Part shown: positions 11,044-27,413 of the stretch, piece after piece
Layout: every line of letters starts with the position of its first letter
How positions within the stretch are numbered: the first letter of the stretch is position 1
Assembly: GCA_025201805.1 (NCBI GenBank)
Contig: MU619335.1
Location: 1 to 62,499, forward strand
Origin: Parasitella parasitica NRRL 2501
Lineage: Eukaryota > Fungi > Mucoromycota
Reading direction: 5' to 3'
DNA: 62,499 nt
Translations under genes and position numbers: made by a program
Notes under the pieces: model-generated
What the model was told of the DNA's origin: nothing
The model's input: the letters and a program-made list of their open reading frames with translations, nothing else
Database searches by the model: none

Positions 11044-14000
11044 TTATTTTACACCGTATCCACCTCCACCAGGCGTGTTGATAATAATGCGATCGCCACG
11101 GCCAAATTTCGCTGAATTCTTTCCAGTCATATTTAATATTCTAGTAACTTCCTCCTCTTGGCTCGATTTTTCATGTCGAACCCAAATATTAATACCCTTT
11201 TCGCCATTATGTCCTCCAGCGAGACCATAAGGTGTAAATACTCGTCGCTCAGATAAAATCGACACTTGGATGCCATCTTCCAAAAATTCAATTTCACGAA
11301 TAACGCCATCGCCACCCTTATGCTTGCCTTGGCCACCAGAATGTGGACGAATAGCAAATTGGTGAAGTATCACTGGATAGCGTTTTTCCAATATCTCTGG
11401 GTCAGTAATACGGGTATTTGTCATGTGTGTATGCACACCACTTTGTCCATCCCAAGTTGGACCAGCACCACTTCCGCCAGCGATCGTTTCGTAATAGCCC
11501 CAACCAGAAGTTGTCTCGCCTGTTTCTTCATTTTTTCCGCCCTTACCAAACGTGAGATTGTTGCAACATCCTTGACTAGCCGCACATGCACTGAATGCTT
11601 TCAAAACTACATCAACCAGTCTTTGGCTAGTCAGAACATTACCGCCAACCACAGCACAACGCTCAGAAGGGTTTAGGATAGAATTAGCAGGGATCTTGAT
11701 AGTGATAGGCTCTAAACAGCCTGAATTAAGAGGGATATCTTGGTTCACCAGACAACGGATAGAGTAAATGATGGCCGAGTGACACACGCTTTCGGGCGCA
11801 TTTGTATTTCCGTATACCTCAGGCCCTGTTCCTTGGAAGTCAAACAAGGCAGTGCCTTCAACTGCGTCGATTGATACATTTAAATGTATAGGCGTACCGT
11901 CATCCATGTAGTCAGTAGCAACCAGCCTCTCAGAATGCTCCTTGGCAACTTGTTTCAAAAGGGACTTTACTGCATCTGAGGCATTCTTACGGATATGCAT
12001 CATGTAGGCTTGCACTACTTGCAATGAGTACTCTTGAATAAGCGATTTCACCAGATTGATGCCCTTTTGATTGGCAGCTATTTGTGCTTTCAGATCTAAG
12101 AATGAAGTAATGGTTGGTTATGCATTGTCGCCGTACGTGCCTATATGTATACCTGATATATTATCTCTAAATGCACGTGAGCCAGAACACCCAGGATAAG
12201 ATGCCGGTATAGTGCACAAGTGTTCTTCAAGACCCTCTTGATCAAAATGGCCTTTTGATACAATCTTGAATGATTTGATGGCGGCACCTTCTTGGTACAA
12301 TTCTTTGGAATGGGGAGGCATTGAGCCGGGAGAGATGCCACCAATATCTGCATGGTGTCCTCTCGATGCTACAAAGAAAACAATCTGGCCATTATCAAAC
12401 ACAGGTGTGATGATTGTGATATCTAGGCAAAAAAGTGAGACTATGAACATATGCACCCACTCACACTGCATCATTGTGCGCTTACCAGGCAAATGAGATC
12501 CACCTGCTTGTGGATGGTTTGTCATAATAACGTCTCCTTCGAATAGGTTACCCTTGTAAAAGTTTAGCTGGTAAATTACAGCATGGCTGAGTGAGCCCAA
12601 ATGCACAGGAATATGAGGTGCATTTGCAACAAGCCCTCCATCAGCGCCGAACAACGCACATGAGAAATCTGCGCGTTCACAAAAATATTAATTTCAGCTA
12701 TAGGTCAGTCCAAGTGTACGCAGTACAATACCTAGTCTTTCCTTAATGTTGGTCGAAATGGCTGTCTTTTGCAAGGTTCGGCCCATCTGTTCAGCGATAC
12801 TCATGAACCTGTGTGAAAAGATAGAAAGCTGAATAGGCTCCATTTCTATTGTAGCCACCTTCTTTTCTCCACGGCCTACAGTAATAGTAATGTGTCCCGA
12901 TGTAATCAGCGCAGTGCAAGAGGGTTCAACTACCACAGTGGCAGTAGCATCGATGATAATGGCAGGTCCACGTATTGAAGAACCAGGCTTCAAATCGTCC
13001 AAATGATAGACAGGGACGTGGTCATCTCGCCCAGTCTCTTCAAAATACACGGAAGCAAAGTTATCGGTAGCGTTTGCGATGTCTACAATCTGGTTTGCTG
13101 AAAAAAGTGCCTTGATATCTCGATCCGGGGTGAGGTCTTCATTTTGGAAAGTCTTGCCAATACCACGAACACGAATGTCATCCACAATGATATCCCTGTC
13201 TTTGAGCAAGAAGCCAAACTCTTGAGTGTACAGCTCATAAAATGCATGTTCAAAATCCCAATTATCAACGGCAGGCTGAAGTGTCATTAAGGCACAGTCA
13301 GTGCCATCGTAGCGAAGATTAAGGTAGATTTCAGTAACAATGTCTTCTTCCCGGAACCCCTGCTTGACAAGCTCAGCGATGGCTTCTTTCTCAAGATGGG
13401 ACACGTGCTCCTGAATGCGAGACAGCCCTGCGCTTAGTTTTTCAGATGATGGCTCCTGTACTTCATGCACAACATCAGCAAGTGCCAAGCCAAATGCAGA
13501 CAAAATAGAACTGTGTCGGTATAGAACAATTTTACTGATTCCAAGATTACGCGCTATCCCACATGCATGCTGGCCCCCAGCTCCACCAAATACGGCCAAT
13601 GTATGGTTGCTGGTATCATGACCTTTAGCTTCGGTTAAAGCGCGAATAGGGCGACACATGGTCTCATTGGCTACCTTGATAAAGCCGTAGACAATCTCAT
13701 CTAACGACTTGCTCTCCCCAGTAGTGGCATTAATGACATTGGCGAGCTCTGTGAACTTTTCCTCTACAACATCTTTATCCAAGGGTTGGTCCTCATTGGG
13801 GCCAAATATTTTAGGAAAGAATTCAGGTAGCAGCCGACCCAGGTATAAGTTAGCATCAGAAACTGCCAAAGGGCCACCTTTTCGGTAGCAAGCAGGCCCC
13901 GGATGAGCTCCAGCACTCTACACATTTACCACCGAACCTTTAGCAAAATTGGAATCACTTTCAGCGTACAAAGACTTACCTCAGGGCCTACCACAAACAT

Positions 14001-15405
14001 GCCATTTTTGAAAAATAGCATAGACCCACCACCAGCGGCGACAGTGTTTATATCTAATTGTGGTGCCTGAATTGTGACACCGGCGGTGGTCGTTTCAAAT
14101 ACATGTTCATAATGACCATCAAAACGGGACACATCAGTGCTTGTGCCACCCATATCAAAGCCAATGACAGGCACCTGCGATTGTTTATCAAAGGTTGTCA
14201 AAGCGTACCCAACAACGCCACCTGCAGGACCAGACAAAATAGCTTTGAAGCCTGAGAACTTACTGACAGGCACCAAACCACCATCACTTTGCATGAATTG
14301 CAACTGTGTAGTGCCTTTTTCGAATCCATCGTCAAAGCCGCTTACGAATCCTTTGATATAATTCTTGATACAAGGTGTCAAATAGGCATCTGCGGTTGCT
14401 GACGTACCGCGGGGCACAACCTTAACCATTGGCATGACTTGACTGGAAAGCGAGACATGATCAAAGCCAATTGATTTGGCCAGATCGCCAATTTGTTGCT
14501 CGTGGTCAGGAAAAGTGTACGAGTGTAACAAACAGACGGCGATACTTCTATAGCCTTCGTCGTACAATCCCTGTAATTGTAGCTTGATAGCTTCAAGATC
14601 TTTGCGATTTTCATTAGACTGAAACACTTACGACTTGTAATCCTCTTATAATTCATACCTGGTGATTGGACAACTTTTATCCATTCTCCTGATATACCTT
14701 GATGTATATTGTGATGGCTGCCTTTTTCAGGGTCAATCTGTTCCACTGAAGCGGCAGAATTCAATAAAACAACACTATCCAAATTAACCAGAGACTCAGT
14801 GAAGCTTTCTAATCTTGCAATTTAGTAGGACACTTTACCGCTCACTGACTTCAATAACTTTTTGATACAAAACGTCGGGTTTACTGATTGACAGGTCAAA
14901 GATCTTGGGTCTTGCTTGATTACCTACACAAGATCAACAAGAATAAATTCAATCTTATTACGTAGCGTGGGAATCATAAAACTTACCTATCGTCAAAAGG
15001 TCCCCGAATCCCTTCGTGATTAATAATGCACTTGATTCGCCTTTTCTTTCCAGCAATGCATTGGTGGCAACTGTAGTACCCATGCGTACACTTTCTAGAT
15101 GAAAACAATGCATTAGGTACTCGACATTAGATCAGCTTTATTTTTTGACACTTTAACCTACCAATATTTTGTGTGGGGACAGGCTCTGAACGAGGATGTT
15201 TCTTCCCAGTAGCAAGTTCCACTATCCTCCTTATGCCCTCAGTAGGTGCGTCTTTGTAGTTGGAAGGGTCTTCTGAAAGTAGCTTTACCACATATTCACG
15301 GTAATTTTTGTCTCCCGGGTTCCCAACAAAGCCTATACAATCAGTAAAGGTTCCTCCTCTATCAATGCAAATAGTAAGCGATTCAGATGAATTTGCTGAA
15401 GCCAT
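11044..15405 (-). CDS. OXP1: ATP-dependent 5-oxoprolinase
   Basis: [80 protein letters not shown]; multi-exon. Confidence 0.96.
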
Positions 15406-16872
15406 TGGATCTGGGGATTCACACTGCAATTTGAAAATATTGCAAAAAAGAGATGCAAGATGTAATTTTCGCGAAAATTCCAAGTTGTTTAAGTCTCAAA
15501 GGACTTTGAAATATAATGCAGCAGCAGTGTTGCAGGTTACGTTTGAGAAGATTATTTGTTACATGTAAATTGTTGCGTACAAATTATGTGAAAAATGCTC
15601 TCAAAAATAAATATATATCAAGTGATTATTTCGGTGACACCGCTGCACTTTCTCTAAGCAGTTTAAACAATAATCTAGAAACAAGATTAAACGAAATCTA
15701 GGCTCAAAGGGTTTATACAATACATCACAGCTTCATTTTGGTCATTCATAGCCATTGAATTGTGATAGAATATACGGTATTGTCTCCGGATGTTGTTCCG
15801 AATACCAAAAGAAGTAATCCGTTGTTTAAATGTTGAGTATTTTTGTTATGTTTCCACCGTCATATTTGAATGAAGCTTCACTCGCTTGTAATGAGTAACA
15901 TCAATTGAATGATAACAATTTATTAGGGCTTCTGACTGGCTGCAAGTATATATAACCGTTGATTATATGTTGTTCTAATCTTGTGCTTAGAACTTGAATC
16001 TAATAACCTTTCGGGTGTTTGTTGAAGCAGGCGTAGAGGTTAGGGATTGTTGGTATAAATAAACAGCTCTCGAAAAAGAGCACCAATTCCAATGACTAAT
16101 CGTTCATGACGATAGGTTTTATTTATTCACAATTTAATAAAGGGCATCAAAGGATATCTAAAGTATTGACGAAGCCAGAAAGCATACGATTAAAAGTTGA
16201 AAAATGAGGATTCGGATTTCACATTTCTGTCGAGTGATTTAATGAAAAAAACATAAAAATTATCTAATCTAAATGGCTTAACTACCTCTACTTTCATAAA
16301 ACTTCATAGAACCAAGTAAAACCAAGTAAAACCAAGACAAGTCAAAATAAAAAGAGGGTCTCAAGTTTATCAATCTTGATCCCCTCAGTGAATTTTCCCT
16401 TGGAAAACTTTCCCTTCAAAAATACCTGAGACAGGATAGCTATACGAATCTCTGCAATCTTCCTAGATTTCAATCAAAATCCTAATTGGATTTATTGATC
16501 TTTATTGCATTTAAAAAAAAAAGAGTTGCCCAACAACACTACGCCAAACGCTTGATATATAGCCAAGGCTTGCAAGATTCTGTACTTGCCATTGAGATCA
16601 TCGGCTTTATATATACATATATGTACATATATATATATAAACCAGCAAATTTTATATTAAACCCGGAGTCTTCAAGTCTCCTTCGTTACGATAATTTCAA
16701 CCAACACTCTGTATAACAGATCAAGCAAAAAATTGGTAGCAAGGGGAAGATCTTCAGGCAACCAATATATTTAAAGGTACGCTGTTAAATGTCTTGATTT
16801 GATTTTGTGAATATCAACCTTTCTTCTTTTTCATTTTATCGTTTTTTCATTTGATTATTTCAATAAAATCAA

Positions 16873-19442
16873 ATGCTAGATGACTCAAGTAAAGAAAAGT
16901 CTCGCCGGGTTTCGTCCTTGGAAGCAGCAGGTGTCAAGGTTGTCGCTTCACCTGCTACTGCCAAAAAGAAAGTACCACCGGTTCTGCCATCGCCTATATC
17001 AACTGCACGCACAGGTCGATCTCACACTGCCGGTGCGAAAACACCCAATTCAGCAACATCGCCTGCCATATCTTCTCGTCTAACAAAAACGCCCATTGTA
17101 AAAAATAAACTGACTCCAAGTAACAGCAGAGATACGGCATCTCTAAAGAAGAAAATGTACAACAATAGCTCGACAACGAAACGAAGCAGTAGCAGACTAT
17201 CGACCACTTCGTCGTCTTCGTCTATCAGATCGACACCTACAAGTAGCAAAACAGTTATTAATGGGGTTGTAGGCACAGCGTCAATCAAAAGATCGTTGGT
17301 TATTGAGGAATTAACGGACAAGGTAAGGGGAAGCTAGATAATTCTTCCGTTTGAGCAGACGTTTATCCCTGTTTTGCAGTACCATGCAGCTGAGACAGCT
17401 TTGGCAGCGAAAGACAAAGCACTCAAACAAAGCGAGACTGATTTAAAAGACGTGAAGGCAAGACTGGAACAAATGCAGTCCGAATTGGAGCAACAAATCT
17501 CGGCAAACAAAAGCCGTGCCGACGAAGAGGCGCTCTTAGCACAATTGAATGAGCAACAACGGCAATATATCGAGCTACAACAAGCGTTTGAGAGTGAAAA
17601 ATCGGACATCTTGGCGAATCACCAAGAAACCGAAAAGAGAAATCAACAGAACCTTGAAAATTTGCGCGAAAAGTTAGACATTGAGAAAGAATTATTAAAT
17701 AATACGACGGTCGAGAAAAATAGAATCATTGAAAAACTAAATCGTGAATTGGATGAGATGCGAGATAATATCAAAGTAGGATGAGAATAAATATGCTTTC
17801 AATGTGAATACTCGCCCTAACGAACAATCTCTAGGAAATGCATCAAACGCATCAAACAAGACTTAATGCCATGTCGAAGCAGCTTGAATCAAAGCATGAA
17901 CAGCGCATAAATAACCTCCTGGAACAGATTAGCGCAAATGAGGTCGAAAAGGTAAAGTTACCTGTATCGGATAATAGTCAGGTTATGGTTGCCGACATCT
18001 GGTGATTTTAATAGAAACACATTGAACAAAAGCTTACTACCGAAGATGCTCAGGTATAGCTCCTAAAGTAACGCGGTGGCATTGGAATAATTCACATTTT
18101 TATATGTTCACAGAAAAAGCTAAGACTCGAGTTGGAAAATCAAACGAAACAACTGGTACTCATAATAGGTCGATGCATCAGTACATGTGTGAGCTAATGT
18201 GCATGAATTTCATTTTACAGATCAATGCTCATGAGCTTGAAATTCAAAATATCAGATCAGAGTTATCACACTATCAAGTAACTAGTACAACCAATCGTCA
18301 GCTGCGTACAAAGTATATAACAGATTGTAAAATAGACAAAATATCACGAACTGTCGAAACGTAGCATTGACCTAAAGGTAAGTTAACTCCTAAAGATGGC
18401 ATTTTGCAATTAATCAAATCAGCAAAGACGCTACAGGATAATCAGATAGCTATTGCAGAAACAGCATTGGAGACAGAAAAATTAAAACATGCAAATTTGA
18501 TGACAAAGTATGATGACTTGGCCAAGACAAACTCGGACCTTGAGGTGAAAAACTGAACCTTGCTTCTCCAGCCCCTTGTCAAAAGTACTGATCGTTACTT
18601 TTTTTTCTTATAACAGCGTAATATAGATGAACTCTTGTCAAGAAATAACGAGCTTAATGTGAGTAAATCAATATCAAACATAACCAAGATGGATACTGAC
18701 ATGAATTATTTACATGCAAAAGAATAAAGTTGAGGAGTATGAGTTTAAAGAAAAACAACATTTGCATACGATCAAAAAACATCAGTCCAATACTTTGGAG
18801 CTACGATCGACGCTGAAATACCAGCAATTACAAGAAGAACAGATACAAAAAGAGATTGATATAGCGAAAAAAGAACTGAGCGAAGAGTTTCAACAGCAGT
18901 TATCACTTCAAAAAGCTTCTTATATCAAAGATACTAACCAGCTTCAGGACAAAATAGATACACTACAGTTTGAATTGAATGTGAGACTTTTTTTTTTCTG
19001 ACTCGGCGATTAAGACATTGACATTTGTTAATTTAAATCTGCGTAGATTTGTATCGACAATCTGAACCAATCAAAAGAAGATCAAACCAAGAAAAAATCG
19101 GTAGTAAATGAAACTTTTACCTATAAGAAGCATCTTGCTTTACAGGGCGGTGATTCAGAATTTAAGGTAGTCATACGAGTGCAGGCATACATTTGACGAC
19201 TGACAAATTAACTATGAAAAAAGCTTTTGGTACACCAGCATCAAAAAGAACTAAATGTACTGCAAGAACAGTTTCAGAGCATATTGGACATAAAAGATGA
19301 TCAAATCAATGACCTTGTATATAAAGTCAAGAAAAGTCATTTCAAACAAGAAAAAGAGATTGTAGATGAAAATGAGGTTACATCATTCATATACCTAAAC
19401 TATTCCTTTTAATAATAATCAAATCATTAGATGTTTGCTTGA
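16873..19442 (+). CDS. Multi-exon coiled-coil protein with basic Ser/Thr-rich N-terminus
   Basis: Chain of E/Q/K/L-rich exons separated by short GT-AG introns; stop position approximate. Confidence 0.7.
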
Positions 19443-19763
19443 TAAACGTCTCTTTTGGTTACTCAATGGTTACACCGTTAATTGCAAGTGAAATATTGAC
19501 CATATTTATACGTACAGTGATATCAAGGTTTTTTTTTTTATAATTTTTTGGTTTAAGACGGAGCCTCTGACAACTGCAAAATAGACGACCAAGACCAAGA
19601 AGAATGAGATGAACGTCTTCCTCTCTTCTTCTACAATTGCTGTGTGTTACCTATTATCAAGAAATTCTACATTTGTTGTACTTCATCCCCCCCCCTTTTT
19701 TTTTTCCATCTCTGTCTCTCCCTCTCCCTCTCTTTCTCTTTCAATCTATCAATTAGTTATTAA

Positions 19764-22700
19764 ATGAATACATTTCTGCAGCAGCAGTTTACGTCTCCTC
19801 GTCCTCCTTCGCATTTATTGAATACAAATCTAAGCACGTCTTTGACTCCTTTAAAGAGAACCCGTGCAAAAAGAAGCTGTGATTTCTGCCGCAAGAGAAA
19901 GTCTCGATGTGATGCTGATGCTTCCACGCCATGCTCCAATTGCAAAGCTGTAAGTTTTCTTTTTCTATATAAAATGTGAACGCACAGTTACTGAAAAAAA
20001 AACCTGTAGTGGGGATACACTTGCGAATTTCAGACAGTAAGAAAGAAAAGAGGGCCTCCAAGTGTGTAAGTGCATGTACATTTTTCAAATTCATAACTGA
20101 CTCGAATGCAAATGCGTTTAGCTACGTCAACAATCTCGAAAAGAAATGCAAAAAGATGGAATCACTTTTGTCAACTTTGACAAACTGCTCAATAAAAGAT
20201 CTCGAAAAGAACGATTTTCAATATGCTGGACATATTCAACCCTCTTCACCGCCAAACCCAACCGATTCATCCTCAGACGACGAAGAAGAAGACTCTGAAC
20301 ACGATTTCGATCCATTGAACGAGGCAACAGAAGACTACGATTCTCTCAAATATACTGGCCAATCCTCTGCTGGACTGAAGCTATTCAATAGCGATATTTT
20401 CAAATCTCAAACAGCCATTCCGTGGCCTGGAAGGGAGAACATTGTGCTAAAGTTGATGGCTCAAGACGAGCTAATGATTGTTCGCACAGAGAAATCTTCT
20501 ATTACCGGAAAGTCAGACATGCTGTTTGATGTTGGATTATCGATGCGCGCACCTCTTTTCGATAAGCAGAAACGAAGCAATACACTACTCAAAAACACAA
20601 AGAAGCCGGCAAGACATCAATTAGACAAAATGGTCGGCATGTATGTTGAATGCCACTGATTTAAATATACAGCAGCATTTACTAACTTTCGTATGGTAAC
20701 ATTTAGATATTTTAGCCACATTCATTTGATTCTGCCTATTGTCAACAAGACTCAATTTCTAAAATTGTATCACAATTCATCATCTGCAGGACCTCCTTCG
20801 ATCTTGATGCAAGCCGTGTTGGCCCTAACGTTCAGATTTACTGGCCAACGAATGCCCGATTTGGTAAAAGACGCTGATGAGTTTGCTGATATGTATTTCA
20901 GAAAAGTCATGAAGCGTCTGAGAGATTCAGCCAAGTCAAGGCTCTGTCATGTCCAAGCAGCTCTTTTGATGGCTCTTTACCTAGATATGGACGACGGCGA
21001 TGTTGAATCTGCTCAGTGGTGCACCGTCGGAAGTGCCATTCGTATGGCTCAGGATCTGGGCCTCCACCGATCTTGCGCCAAGTGGAATCTTCCTCGTTCT
21101 GAAATCGAGACTCGCCATAGAGTATTTTATGCCTGCTATGTGATGGACCGATGGCTGGGTGCCCGCGCCGGAAAGCCTTTGACTATCCTCGACAGAGATT
21201 TCGATACTGACATGCCATCGCCTTACGAAATCACCGATGATAGCACAGACACTACCAACATTGGTGCACCTATCTATCGCAACTTTATAGCCTTGATCAA
21301 GTTGTCAGAGATATTGGGTAGAGTATTGAAAGCGCTTTATGCTCCCAATGCAAAGATATCCAATACAAATGCGGGTCTTGACGATCCAACAATATTAGCA
21401 GTGTTTGAGAGACGATTGCTGAACTGGAAAAATTCTCTGGAAGAGCCTCTAGATGGCGCTTACTTGTCCAGGCTTGACAAAGGTATTATTTCATTTGCTT
21501 GAAATCAAAATTCTAACAAACATACTAAAAAAAAAAAAAAACACCCAATTAGAAAACTTGAAAATTTACTATTACGTTGTCGTGCTACTTTTATATAGGC
21601 CATTCAACCAGCTATCCGTTCAAAAGTACCCAAACTTGAAATCCATCGTTGCAGCATCCGAGAAGGCGTGTACTGACGCAGCTAACCAGCTATCTGACAT
21701 TGTTAATCAACGGCAATGTCAAACTTCAGATCCTGCCTACTATTATGTCTTGTGTGCTCCATCTTGCTATATCTACGCCTTATTTCAGTCTTCGTTAGTG
21801 TATCTGTCAAATGCGTTACGAACCCGAAGCGCAAACGATATTCAAGAGTTCCATCAGTCTATTAATCTGATAAAGATGAACCAAGAAATAGGCCCTGCCC
21901 CTCGTGCTGTCGAAATACTCAATATGCTTGCCTCAGTCAATGGCTTATACGTTGGCAGTAGTATTAGTAGTAGCTGCGAAAGTGCTTGTAAACTTAATTC
22001 AATTAGTGACGAATCATCCATTTTCAATGGCACAGTTACCACCTCTACTTCGAAATCTGCCATTTCGACGCCTCCAGTTCACTCGAATAGCCCTTATATG
22101 GACCGTCCTGTCAATGAATCACCTCAATCTCACTACGTACAACACAGATTAATGAATACCAGCATCATTGGAGGCATCACACCAGACATTGATTCAGACA
22201 TAGGCATTACCATTGCTCCCTCGTGCGACCATGGACATTTACAACAGAAGAACGAGCATGACCAGATTTCGTTGCAACAAGAGCAACACCAACAGCAGCA
22301 AGCCCATTGCTATATTCAGCAGCAGTACCCTGTCTATGCTCAAGAAGCTTCAACACTCTCGCACCACCGCTCGTCTTCTTTCGATCGACCCAACTCCTCC
22401 ACTCATTACTCACACGCACGATCCGTCTCCCACGACCACTCGGCTCACAACACAGCAATAACTCCCATAGCTAAATCGCTCGCAATGAATGTGAATGGTA
22501 TACACTCCCATTGCTACGCCTCTCCAAGCGACAATAACATCAACAACATGAACCAAATGATGAATACATACAGATCTTTACCACAGGCTCCTCAAGCCTA
22601 CACTGCTGCTTATGACCCCAATATGAATGTATCCAATTCAACATTACCACCGTCGAGTCTGAATTGGTCAGACTGGGATGTGTATCTTGGCCATCAAAAC

Positions 22701-22784
22701 CAAAACCCTGCTGGTTTGCAGCAGCAGCAACCGCAAAATAATCCATCAACTTCATCTCCCTCTCAGCATATTCAATATTCTTGA
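19764..22784 (+). CDS. Zn2Cys6 transcription factor with fungal-specific TF domain
   Basis: RSCDFCRKRKSRCD...PCSNC...KRGPP; YFSHIHLILPIVNK; AIRMAQDLGLHR; RHRVFYACYVMDRW; Q/S-rich tail. Confidence 0.93.
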
Positions 22785-23417
22785 AATAAATTTTTTTTTC
22801 TTTTGTGCATTTTCTCTTATCCAAATTGAGTTGATGCTCAAATTTTAATGCAAGTGAAATATGTAAATTTGACACCTCTAACGGAACGATATGTTCAATC
22901 GCAACAGAGTGTCAAAATCACAAACGATGAGAAGCAGATGATGAACTGCATTTTTATACACGACTTGGTGAACAGCTTTGCTCTATCGCTATCTTGTCAA
23001 TTCAAAGATGCTCATTACTATGGTTGCCATGCCACTACGAGACAAACGTAGTAACATATTCATCGACCGACCCTCCTCTCTCTTTCAAAATGCAAGCTAC
23101 CACTGCTCGTAAATGTATCATAGTAAACTCATTCAAATCCCCTTTCTGATTCCCTGAATCCTAGTTTACAGTGGAAAACCCCAAATTTCGATGGGACAGT
23201 GTCGCACTGTCGTCAAAGAATATGATGTACCTGAAGACCCAACACATTCCAAGGCATTCCATTTTAACAGCCGTAGCCCCTTCTAATTGGGTTCCATGTG
23301 ATGACGTTTAATATTAATGCGCGTCCATTACGTGTCCTGCTGCTACGATATTCAAAGCAACCTTCCACAGTTTTCATCACTTTCTCTTCCTTCTTTATTG
23401 TTTAGAAAAAAAAAATA

Positions 23418-26275
<2,858 letters not shown>

Positions 26276-26534
26276 ACTTAATCTCTCCAAAAACACATGC
26301 ACCTTTTCTTTTCTTTCTCTACCTCTTTTATCTCCAAATAAAACAGGCTTTCATTTTGTTAAATTTTCACTTTTGTTAAATAATAATAAATAAATAAAAT
26401 CTAAAGGATTGATTTTACACATTGGCTATATTTTTTTTCGATCTTCATGCATCAAACAATGGACTTTTAAATGCGGTACGGATGTTGGGCGCCTGTGTGG
26501 CAGCAGTCTTTTATCTCTACCATACATACAACAT

Positions 26535-27255
26535 ATGTCTTTCAAGTTCGGGACGATTGACATACCAGAGTCAGAAGTATTTTATGAAAGCAAACACTCG
26601 ATAGGTTTAGTGAACCTCAAGCCAATAGTTCCGTAAGTGTACACTTGCCATATGAATAATGACTCCATGACTAATATACATGTATCGTTTTGAAATAAAG
26701 TGGGCGTAAATGATGAACGCAAAAAAAAACAAAAAAAACAACCATGTTTAATATTATATCAACCCTTTTTTTTTTACAGATATTCTGATCGTTCCTAAGC
26801 GTGTCGTATCTAGGTATTCACAGCTTACAATAGAAGAGGTAAAAATAGCATATATTATCGAGTAAATCGGACTGATCCCAAACATGTGATATCCACTTGT
26901 GGGCATATGTTCATGATATACTATATATGTAGATTACAGACCTGGGTGAGTCTGCTAAACTTACTAGCAGCGTCCTGCAAGACGAGTATGGTAGTGATAT
27001 GATCTGGTTAATCCAAGATGGCAAAGAAGCAGGGCAAACAGTATATATAGTCATCCATGTGGATATAAACATATCATCATTATGCTAATCTACTTTTAAA
27101 AGATTTCCCATGTGCATCTACATATGATACCAAAGAGGTTTTCCGAGTGGTTTGCGCACGAAATTGAGGATGATGGTCGAGTGCCTAGAACTATGATCGA
27201 AATGAAAAAAGAGGCTGAACGGTTAAAAATAAAATTCCAAAGCGTAATCTTGTAG
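26535..27255 (+). CDS. HNT2: FHIT/Hnt2-like HIT-family dinucleoside polyphosphate hydrolase
   Basis: VNLKPIVPGHILIVPKR after splicing a 5-nt exon; QDGKEAGQT..HVHLHMIP histidine triad. Confidence 0.85.
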
Positions 27256-27413
27256 CGTACTTCATTTTGTGCTACTTTTTATACTATAGTATTACGTGAA
27301 TCACAGTTAGCCTTGTTGAAGGACATATGAGTTGGTTACTTTTTTTTTTGTTTTATTTGTTTCTTCTTCCCTTTCTTCGATCCTGCTTTAGATGTATACA
27401 TTCATATAAAGAA

